Part shown: one piece after another, positions 20,766 to 28,640 of the stretch
Layout of the letters: every line of letters begins with the position of its first letter
How positions within the stretch are numbered: position 1 is the first letter of the stretch
From: Candidatus Levyibacteriota bacterium
GTDB lineage: Bacteria > Patescibacteriota > Microgenomatia > Levybacterales > UBA12049
DNA: 64,000 nucleotides
NCBI GenBank assembly: GCA_027459725.1
Contig: DAIDHK010000007.1
Coordinates: forward strand, 261-64,260
Reading direction: 5' to 3'
The notes under the pieces: model-generated
Database searches by the model: none
Told to the model about the DNA's origin: nothing
The model's input: only the letters and a program-made list of their open reading frames with translations
Position numbers and translations under genes: made by a program

Positions 20766-22046
20766 ATGCCGGATAAAAAAATTAATCTTACCGAAGAACT
20801 TAATCGTTCGATACGCCGTCAGATAATAACCAGTATTCTTACCTTGATACTACTAATCATTATTACTACTGGTTTTGTGCTTTATGGCATGGGATATAGA
20901 CTTAACTTCACAGCCAAAAATACCCCTATACTAGCTCATACAGGTATTTTAAACGCTCAAAGCTCACCTACCGGGGCAGAAGTGTGGGTAGATGGACATC
21001 CCACCACTGCCACTAATAATACTGTAAATCTGACCCCTGGTATATATACCATTACAATTACTAAAGATGGATATATACCCTGGAAGAAAGATGTAATGAT
21101 AGAAGATCAGGTCGTATCAAATGTAAACGCCCGCCTATTTCCCCAAGCCCCAACCTTACAAAGTATCTCTTCGGTAGGAATAAGTGATCCGGTCATGGAT
21201 CCTTCCGGTACAAAATTAGCCTTCACTATTGCCTCTCAATCAGCACAGAAAAACGATGGTATCTATGTTTTGAATATGACTTCACAGAATTTCCCGGTCT
21301 TACCCCTACAGAGTTCTTCAATACAAATTGCTGATGAATCGACGGGTATCCCTTTCTCACAGGCACAACTTTCCTGGTCTCCTGATGGTCAGCAAATTAT
21401 AGCCAGCGTCTCTGCTACTCCTACACAACCGGCTACTGTCTATTTACTGCAGGCTAATCAGCTTAACACAACAGCCCAGGATATAACCGCTACTTTACCT
21501 TCCGTTGAAGCTAACTGGCAAACTTTAGAAAATCAACAAAGTAAAGCCAGACTAGCTTCGCTTAATCCCGCTGTGCGTCAATTACTTACTCACTTCAATA
21601 TTATTTCCTATTCTCCCGATGGTACTAAGATCTTATATCAGGCTAAAGACAACTATACTCTGCCTATAATTATTAAGCCTAGACGAATTGGGAACAATTT
21701 GCTCTATGAACAGAGATCTCTACAAAAGAATAGTATTTATGTCTATGACATTACCGAAGACGTTAATACACGCGTATTAGATTATTCCCCGGTAGCCTGT
21801 GATGTAACTAAAAAAGACTGCCAAGTGCCTCTAACTTGGTTCCCAGATTCGAATCATCTTGTTTATGTCTATGATAAGAAAATTAATATCGTAGAAGCAG
21901 ATGGATCAAATATGACAACTATCTATGCTGGCCCTTTTGTAGGTAATTATGCTTTTCCGTGGCCCGATGGTTCCAAGTTGGTAATCTTAACTAACCTAGG
22001 CAACACATCTATTCAGCCTACACTTTATACCATAGGCTTGCAGTAA
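20766..22046 (+). CDS. Membrane-anchored PEGA-domain protein with TolB/PD40-like beta-propeller repeats
   Basis: N-terminal TM; a PEGA motif SPTGAEVWVDGHPTT...ITKDGYIPW; repeated SPDG/FPDS/WPDG blades (SWSPDGQQIIAS, YSPDGTKILYQ, WFPDSNHLVYV). The track start at 20727 is probably too long. Confidence 0.55.
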   Translation: MPDKKINLTEELNRSIRRQIITSILTLILLIIITTGFVLYGMGYRLNFTAKNTPILAHTGILNAQSSPTGAEVWVDGHPTTATNNTVNLTPGIYTITITKDGYIPWKKDVMIEDQVVSNVNARLFPQAPTLQSISSVGISDPVMDPSGTKLAFTIASQSAQKNDGIYVLNMTSQNFPVLPLQSSSIQIADESTGIPFSQAQLSWSPDGQQIIASVSATPTQPATVYLLQANQLNTTAQDITATLPSVEANWQTLENQQSKARLASLNPAVRQLLTHFNIISYSPDGTKILYQAKDNYTLPIIIKPRRIGNNLLYEQRSLQKNSIYVYDITEDVNTRVLDYSPVACDVTKKDCQVPLTWFPDSNHLVYVYDKKINIVEADGSNMTTIYAGPFVGNYAFPWPDGSKLVILTNLGNTSIQPTLYTIGLQ

Positions 22047-22075
22047 GGCTAAGTAATAGTTAGCATTCAAAACCC

Positions 22076-22783
22076 CTAAATGCTGGATTTAGGCTTAGCG
22101 ATGACGAACAATCTTTCAAGTGATGTTCCTGGAGGATAGCAGGTTTGCAAGACAAGCTGGGGGGGAGTATTGTGACTATTCTCCAGTAGACTTGTATTGT
22201 CTGGACTGGTAATTTCAGTCTTGGTAACTATATAGTTATAACGTTTCCCATCAAAGAAAATAACTATTTCATCCCCTTTGGTCAAATCTTTTACCAAGTA
22301 GAAAACTGCATTATATTTAGGCACATCCCACCAGGTATCGGTAGAGTGAGCAAACAAATAGACTGTACCTTTGTTATTAGGAAAGACACTCCCTTTAGCA
22401 TGGGCAACCCCTTTCATTAAGTCAGGCATATATATATTAGGATCGTTAGGATCTACATTAGGAATGATTTTTGCCGCAGCACCAATTTTAGGGATTACGA
22501 TGCTAAAGCTAGTATCTGGCGCGATAATTACCTGCTGTTTATCACCAAAAAGTAAGCTTCCAAATCCGGGCGATGTCACTTTTGTTTCATTTTTACCTAA
22601 ACTATCTGCTTGTGTTGCCGTACTGACTGTATAGTGAATTCCCCTAAATTCAGCAATGTGAAATTCAACCTCATACATCAATGCGGGTCCAAACGTTGCT
22701 ATCACACCATACAAAGCCATCAAGAAAAGAAAATTTCCCAGACTTCTTAGTACTAAAAACTTGACCATCTCATTGTTATTCAT
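22076..22783 (-). CDS. Sortase (class E/A-like transpeptidase)
   Basis: N-terminal membrane anchor and a catalytic TLxTC-type motif QLVLQTCYPPGTSLERLFVIAKP; a conserved His region LFAHSTD. Confidence 0.7.
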   Translation of the reverse strand: MNNNEMVKFLVLRSLGNFLFLMALYGVIATFGPALMYEVEFHIAEFRGIHYTVSTATQADSLGKNETKVTSPGFGSLLFGDKQQVIIAPDTSFSIVIPKIGAAAKIIPNVDPNDPNIYMPDLMKGVAHAKGSVFPNNKGTVYLFAHSTDTWWDVPKYNAVFYLVKDLTKGDEIVIFFDGKRYNYIVTKTEITSPDNTSLLENSHNTPPQLVLQTCYPPGTSLERLFVIAKPKSSI

Positions 22784-22841
22784 AATATAAAGTAATATAC
22801 CAAAATATATACCAATACATCGTTACATTATATTAACTATG

Positions 22842-22913
22842 TCGGGGTGGGCGGAATTGAACCGCCTGCATCTCGTACCCGAAACGAGCATTCTACCGAT
22901 GAACTACACCCCG
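22842..22913 (-). tRNA. tRNA-Pro (anticodon CGG)
   Basis: The reverse complement folds as a cloverleaf: acceptor CGGGGTG/CACCCCG with C1-G72 (typical of bacterial tRNA-Pro), T-loop GGCGGTTCAATTCCGCC, anticodon stem CTCGT/ACGAG with loop TTCGGGT. CCA is not encoded. Ends are within 1-2 nt. Confidence 0.8.
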
Positions 22914-23044
22914 CTATGCTTCACAACCCACCAGCTTCTAATTATGAATTATAGCAGTAAAACGCTTTTTGAAGCAAAAAAATCTCCATTTTGCTAAAAT
23001 ATAAATGGACACAGATACCATAATGTGAAGATATGGTGAAAAAT

Positions 23045-23117
23045 GCCCCTGTAGCTCAGCAGATAGAGCAGCCCCGTCCTAAGGGGTTGGTCGGGGGTGC
23101 AATTCCCTCCAGGGGTA
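23045..23117 (+). tRNA. tRNA-Arg (anticodon CCT)
   Basis: GCCCCTGTAGCTCAGCAGATAGAGCAGCCCCGTCCTAAGGGGT...GGGGGTGCAATTCCCTCCAGGGGTA: D-arm GCTC/GAGC, anticodon loop GTCCTAA, T-loop TGCAATT. Confidence 0.8.
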
Positions 23118-23192
23118 CTAAAAAGAAAATAAATGAAGAATTAATTTTTCGTTCGTTTGATTGACTAATTGCAAGATCAAGATTTAATATCT

Positions 23193-23765
23193 TTAGATGT
23201 TTTCCTCAGCTCTTTTGTAGGATTGAATCTCTTCAGGAGTGAACCATAACATTTTTTCAAAATTAGCTTCTTCTATTGAAGCAGAAATGTGTACTAAATT
23301 CATTACACCACGCTGTTCTTCATTGGCATAAGCAGCTGAATCTGTTGAGAAATCTCCACGAATGGTTCCTGCTGGCGCAGATACCGGCATTGTTGGCCCT
23401 GCTAAATTAACGACATTCTCAACGGCATGACGTCCCTCTAAAATTAATGCAATAACTGGGCCTGATTTCACATAGTCAAATAACCATTTATTGACCAATT
23501 TGCCCAGCTCTAAGGGATTATCAGTACCGAGGTCTTTCTTAGCATCTTTGCCGTACTTAGTATAAGTACCAAGCGTCTTCTCACCCCAACGTTTGAGAGT
23601 AGCTTCTTTATCAGATTGATAGTGTTTTAATAAAATATCATCTTTAGGAGCAACCATTTTCATGGCTACAATTTTGAGTCCCATACGTTCAAAACGATGA
23701 ATAATCTCACCGACAATTCCTCTTTTAACACCATCAGGTTTAATAAGTACTAATGTTTGTTCCAT
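23193..23765 (-). CDS. ndk: Nucleoside diphosphate kinase with an internal insertion of about 50 aa
   Basis: TLVLIKPDGVKRGIVGEIIHRFERMGLKIVAMKM and the active-site NLVHISAS (NxxHGSD-type). 190 aa against the usual ~140. Confidence 0.85.
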   Translation of the reverse strand: MEQTLVLIKPDGVKRGIVGEIIHRFERMGLKIVAMKMVAPKDDILLKHYQSDKEATLKRWGEKTLGTYTKYGKDAKKDLGTDNPLELGKLVNKWLFDYVKSGPVIALILEGRHAVENVVNLAGPTMPVSAPAGTIRGDFSTDSAAYANEEQRGVMNLVHISASIEEANFEKMLWFTPEEIQSYKRAEENI

Positions 23766-23775
23766 AACTTCAACT

Positions 23776-25050
23776 TTATAATTTTACAATATCAATAAGC
23801 TTCTGTCTATCCTTAAAATCCCCGATCAAGGCCAAATTCAAAGTGTCATTTTTGAAAAATTCTGATCCCGCCTCTTCAATTTGTGCTTTACTTATAGCAT
23901 CAATCTTCGCTAAAACTTCATCAGGATTTAACTGTTCTTCTTCAAGTAATTCCTGGTGTGCATAATAACCTGCCACGGAACGACTATCTTCCAAATCAAG
24001 AACAAAGTGCCCCTTTATAAACTCTTTAGCCTTTTTAAGTTCATCATCTGTTATCTTCAGCCTATTATCTTTAACCAACGCATATTGTTCTGCCAATACT
24101 GATACTGCATCTAACACTCTTTTAGGGTCAATCCCAGCCATAGTTACCAAGCTACCAGCATCTTTGTAGTGATCAGAGCTGGAGCGCACATAATAAGCAA
24201 GACCACGTTTCTCACGAATCTCAGAAAATAACCGAGAACTCATACCCCCACCTAAAATGGCGGATAAGACTTCCAAAGGATATTTTCTTTCATCATCAAT
24301 AGAGACTGTGCGTACACCCATGGCAATATGTATTTGCTCTGTTTTTTTCTCTTTAACTAAAACAGCCGGCTTTTTTTGATCTTCCATGATGGTTTTAGCT
24401 TTGGGAGTAGAAAACTTTTTCATACCTCCGAAATACTTCTCGGCCAATTTAACAATCTCTTCCTCCTCGATCCCCCCAGCCACTACTACTGTCATATTGT
24501 CGCTGGAATACAAGCTACTCATATATGCAACAAAATCCTGACGAGTAGTAGCTCTAATCACATCTTTTTCACCAGCGATATCCCATCCCAGAGGAGTATC
24601 GCCATATAGCAATTGCTCATAAATATCGCCAATCTTACGCATGGGAGTATCCTCATAAAGATTGATTTCTTCCAAAATTACACCTTTCTCTTTATCTATT
24701 TCTGCTTGCTCTAGTTTGGAATGCTGCAACATATCTGACAAAACGTCTAAACATAATTCAACATTATTTTTAGCGGCTTTAATGTAATAACCAGTAGCTT
24801 CCTTCCCTGTAAAGGCATTAAATTCACCACCCATACCATCGATCAAACTGGAAATTGCCAGAGCATTTGGACGTTTTTCTGTGCCTTTGAAAGCCATATG
24901 CTCTAAGAAATGGGAGATACCGTTATTTTTTTTTGTTTCGTATCTGGAACCAGCGCCCACCATGACCATAACAGTCGCTGATTCAAATGAGGGCATCGGA
25001 ACAGTAATTAAACGTAGACCATTTGAGAGAACTCTTTTGTTAAAGCGCAT
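23776..25050 (-). CDS. M16-family zinc peptidase (insulinase/pitrilysin-like)
   Basis: Inverted zinc motif HFLEHM (HxxEH) near the N-terminus; 424 aa. Confidence 0.88.
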   Translation of the reverse strand: MRFNKRVLSNGLRLITVPMPSFESATVMVMVGAGSRYETKKNNGISHFLEHMAFKGTEKRPNALAISSLIDGMGGEFNAFTGKEATGYYIKAAKNNVELCLDVLSDMLQHSKLEQAEIDKEKGVILEEINLYEDTPMRKIGDIYEQLLYGDTPLGWDIAGEKDVIRATTRQDFVAYMSSLYSSDNMTVVVAGGIEEEEIVKLAEKYFGGMKKFSTPKAKTIMEDQKKPAVLVKEKKTEQIHIAMGVRTVSIDDERKYPLEVLSAILGGGMSSRLFSEIREKRGLAYYVRSSSDHYKDAGSLVTMAGIDPKRVLDAVSVLAEQYALVKDNRLKITDDELKKAKEFIKGHFVLDLEDSRSVAGYYAHQELLEEEQLNPDEVLAKIDAISKAQIEEAGSEFFKNDTLNLALIGDFKDRQKLIDIVKL

Positions 25051-25102
25051 AACGAAAACTATTCTAACAGATCTTTTTATATTTTGCTAGCAACGAGTAT
25101 TA

Positions 25103-26926
25103 CTACATTTTCTCAGGAGTTTCCATGCCGAGAATATGAAGGCCTTTTTTAATGACTTTGGCCGTGACGGAAACTAAAAGTAATCTAAATTTCTTTTGTG
25201 TTTCGTTTTCGGCATGTAAAACCGGCACCTTTTGGTAAAAATGATTAAATACTTGAGCGAGTTCAAAAAGATAAGTACACAGCATATGGGGTGCAAGCTC
25301 TTTTGCAGCTTGTTTTAATATTGTTTCAAAGAAACATAATTGTCTAAGCAATTCAAACTCCTCTGACTTAAACGTATAGCCTTCAAAATCACTTATTCGT
25401 TCTTGCACATCTTGACCTTCTACGTCCAAAGTATTAGACTTTGCCTTCTCTAATATGCTTAAGCATCTTACATACACATACTGCATATAAGGTCCTGAAT
25501 TACCATGCATATTCAAGATATCATCCCAGTCAAATAGAATATCCTGTTCTGAATTTCGTTTTAAATCATTCCATTTGATTGCACCAATAGCTACAGCTTT
25601 TGCTCTATCTTCAATTTCAGTTTTTTCTCCTTTACCCAGCTGTATTGTATTTTGAACTTTTTCTTTTATCTCATCATTTGGATATGAGATATTGTCAAAT
25701 TGCAGATTATATGCCCTTTTTTTAGCTTCATCTAATACATCTTCCAACCAGATTACATTCCCTTTCCTGGTTGACATCTTCCCTTCCTGAAAGCGATAAA
25801 GACCGTGTTTCTTATGCATTCTTTGCTCAGGGTAAAACCATCCTAGCATCTCTTCCAATTTATACAGTTGTCGAAAATATAATGACTGCTCTCCACCAAC
25901 TTCATTTATGATAATAATAGCTTTCCCATAATGTTCTAAACGAAACTTATCAGTAGCTAAATCACGCGTCGAATACAATGTGGCACCGTCTTTTTTTAAA
26001 ATCATTAACGGCGGTAATTTGAAATCTGATGGAAACTCAACAATCTGTGCTCCTTGTTCACCCACATGGAGTAGCTTCTTCGCTTTCAGTTCCTCAATCA
26101 CGGACTGCATCTTATCTTCAAAATATGCCTCACCAAAACCCCTTCCTTCATTTTCTGTAAACTCAACGTTTAATTCGGAATAGATTCGATTAAACTCTTT
26201 CCAGGACCAATCAATACATTTCTTCCAAAGTCTGCGTGCTTCGGGATCTCCATCTTCCAACTTTTTAAACCAAGCACGTCCCTCGTCTTCCAGGCTAGGA
26301 TTCTTTTCCGCTTCATCATGAAATCTTACATACAAAGCTACCAAATCTTTAACCGGATTCTCACTCGCATCCATTTCAGCCTCATTTCCCCAGGTTTTAA
26401 TAGCATAAATTTGCTTTCCAAACTGTGTACCCCAGTCACCTAGATGATTGTCTCTATACACTTTATTACCAGTCGCTTCTAGCAGATTGGCAATAGCATC
26501 ACCAATAATCGTTGAGCGCAAGTGACCTACTGTGAAAGGTTTGGCGATATTTGGAGAAGAATATTCGACAATATATTTATAGGATTTTCCCTTTCCATCA
26601 ATCTTTTCTTGACCTTCAAGCAAATATTTAAGTTGACTGACAAGAAATGCTCTGTTTACATATATATTTACAAATCCTGGCTTAACCACAACTATCTTCT
26701 CTAGTAAATTATCTGCAGGTTTATGAGTTATTAATTTTTGCTTAATCTCCTCGGCAATCTCCATCGGCGATTTATCAATTTTTTTGGCTAATAACATAGC
26801 AACATTGCTACTAAACTCACCATGGTCACTACTTGAACTCAAACTTACCTGTGGAATTACATCTGAAACATTCATGTCAACTAAGATTTTAGTTAATAGC
26901 TGCTTTATCTGATCTTGCATAAGCAC
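25103..26926 (-). CDS. argS: Arginine--tRNA ligase
   Basis: The SPNIAKPFTVGHLRSTIIGD HIGH region is characteristic of ArgRS; 607 aa with a DALR-type C-terminus. Confidence 0.9.
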   Translation of the reverse strand: MLMQDQIKQLLTKILVDMNVSDVIPQVSLSSSSDHGEFSSNVAMLLAKKIDKSPMEIAEEIKQKLITHKPADNLLEKIVVVKPGFVNIYVNRAFLVSQLKYLLEGQEKIDGKGKSYKYIVEYSSPNIAKPFTVGHLRSTIIGDAIANLLEATGNKVYRDNHLGDWGTQFGKQIYAIKTWGNEAEMDASENPVKDLVALYVRFHDEAEKNPSLEDEGRAWFKKLEDGDPEARRLWKKCIDWSWKEFNRIYSELNVEFTENEGRGFGEAYFEDKMQSVIEELKAKKLLHVGEQGAQIVEFPSDFKLPPLMILKKDGATLYSTRDLATDKFRLEHYGKAIIIINEVGGEQSLYFRQLYKLEEMLGWFYPEQRMHKKHGLYRFQEGKMSTRKGNVIWLEDVLDEAKKRAYNLQFDNISYPNDEIKEKVQNTIQLGKGEKTEIEDRAKAVAIGAIKWNDLKRNSEQDILFDWDDILNMHGNSGPYMQYVYVRCLSILEKAKSNTLDVEGQDVQERISDFEGYTFKSEEFELLRQLCFFETILKQAAKELAPHMLCTYLFELAQVFNHFYQKVPVLHAENETQKKFRLLLVSVTAKVIKKGLHILGMETPEKM

Positions 26927-27054
26927 ATTATATCAATTTAGAAGTCATAATTCACAATCTACCACTTGCAATAAATTATCCTCAACTTTTATTATCTTAA
27001 TATTGCAACTCGCTCTTGCATTTCAATACTATTCTTGCTAAGTTGGAGATAAGC

Positions 27055-27447
27055 ATGAAAATTTTAATGATTGATGATGACCCAGCATTGATAACTGTTA
27101 TCTCCACAGCACTTCAGGCTGAAAATTATCAAATCATTACTGCTGCTGACGGCCGTACCGGCCTAAATCTTGCTCAGACCGAAAAACCAGATTTCATTCT
27201 ATTAGACCAGGTTTTGCCTGATATCCAAGGAAATGAAGTTTTAGCTACTTTAAAGCAAAATGAAGATACAAAGAATATTCCTGTCGTACTCTTCTCCAAT
27301 TTTTATAAGCCTGAATTAATGCAGCAAGCAATTAATCAGGGAGCTGTTGATTATTTGCTTAAATATCAGATAGAACCCAAAGATCTCCTCACTAAAATCA
27401 AAAGTCTCACTCAAGAATCAAAGGCCGAACAGGCACAAGAACAATAA
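27055..27447 (+). CDS. Single-domain response regulator (CheY-like receiver)
   Basis: MKILMIDDDPALITVISTAL...DFILLDQVLPDIQG...PVVLFS: a receiver domain with no output domain. ATG 27055 is preferred over the track start at 27016. Confidence 0.85.
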   Translation: MKILMIDDDPALITVISTALQAENYQIITAADGRTGLNLAQTEKPDFILLDQVLPDIQGNEVLATLKQNEDTKNIPVVLFSNFYKPELMQQAINQGAVDYLLKYQIEPKDLLTKIKSLTQESKAEQAQEQ

Positions 27448-27477
27448 AATTAAATCTGACATCTTAAAATCTAGCAT

Positions 27478-28254
27478 ATGGTTCAACTGCTCACCATAAC
27501 TACTCTACTATTTGGTTTTTTAGCCATTATCTTTTCGTTTCTACTAGATAAAGAAAAGCATAAGCAGCAGGAGAAACAAGATGTCAATCTCTTTATGATC
27601 CATGAACTGCGTAGCCCTCTCTCCTCTATCAAAGCCGCCGCCAGTCTATTATTATCTGATACTGGTCAAATTGAACTCGAGAAAAAAAATGATTTACTAA
27701 AACTAATAAACAGTCAGTCTTTACAATTATTGGAATATGTTAGTTTATTGTTGGACACTTCCAGATTACAGTCAGGTATTTTCAATTTACAGAGAAAACC
27801 GAATGATATCAAAGCTCTGGTGGAAGAGAGAATAAGATTACTTCAACCCTTGGCTCATGAAAAACAGATCGAGCTGAAAAGCGATATCAAGGAACCAGTT
27901 CCCTCTTTTCGTTTTGATAAAGAATATATTGCCCATGCCTTGGATAATTTACTGTATAATGCCCTAAAGTTTACGCCTGTTAAAGGACACATCGATGTAA
28001 CTGTTGAATTAGATAATCAATTTGTTACCATCAATGTGCAGGACTCAGGCGAAGGTTTGGATCAAGAACAAATAGCGATGTTATTTAAAAAGTTCTCACA
28101 AGTTGGTCCAAAGACGGCCAACAGCAGCGGCCTGGGATTGTATTTCGTCAAGAGTATCATCGAAGCGCATAAAGGTACTGTTAATGTAACTTCTTCCGAT
28201 GATACGGGTACTACTTTTAGTTTTTCTCTTCCATTCTCTAATGCCAATGGTTAA
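27478..28254 (+). CDS. Sensor histidine kinase (membrane-anchored; HisKA + HATPase)
   Basis: N-terminal TM, H-box HELRSPLSSI, N-box LLYNALKFT, G-boxes DSGEGL and GSGLGLYFVKSIIEAHKGTV. It pairs with the response regulator upstream. Confidence 0.9.
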   Translation: MVQLLTITTLLFGFLAIIFSFLLDKEKHKQQEKQDVNLFMIHELRSPLSSIKAAASLLLSDTGQIELEKKNDLLKLINSQSLQLLEYVSLLLDTSRLQSGIFNLQRKPNDIKALVEERIRLLQPLAHEKQIELKSDIKEPVPSFRFDKEYIAHALDNLLYNALKFTPVKGHIDVTVELDNQFVTINVQDSGEGLDQEQIAMLFKKFSQVGPKTANSSGLGLYFVKSIIEAHKGTVNVTSSDDTGTTFSFSLPFSNANG

Positions 28255-28640
28255 CTAATTCTGAAACTTTCGTGACTAAATTCTCTTAGTATCTTATCCC
28301 CCGTAAAATAATAAAAATTCCTTTGCTAATATGAAAACTAATCGGAATTAAAATCATAAAATTTACTAATCCTCGAATGCATCTATATATGTCATAGTAC
28401 AAATTATACTAACAAACTCGTACAAGAGATAACACTTAACATAACAGTTCTTAGTCGTGTAAAATCAACATGAGTCTTTGCCTGCAACGTAAATACTTAT
28501 TGATAATTATATTATGGCAAAACTTGACATGAGAATGGCTCCAGCAGCCAGTAAAACAAAAAAATGTAATAATTCCCCATCCATCAAGAGACGGAAAATT
28601 TATTAGAGAGTGAATAGAGCACAGATGATCCGTGAGTACT

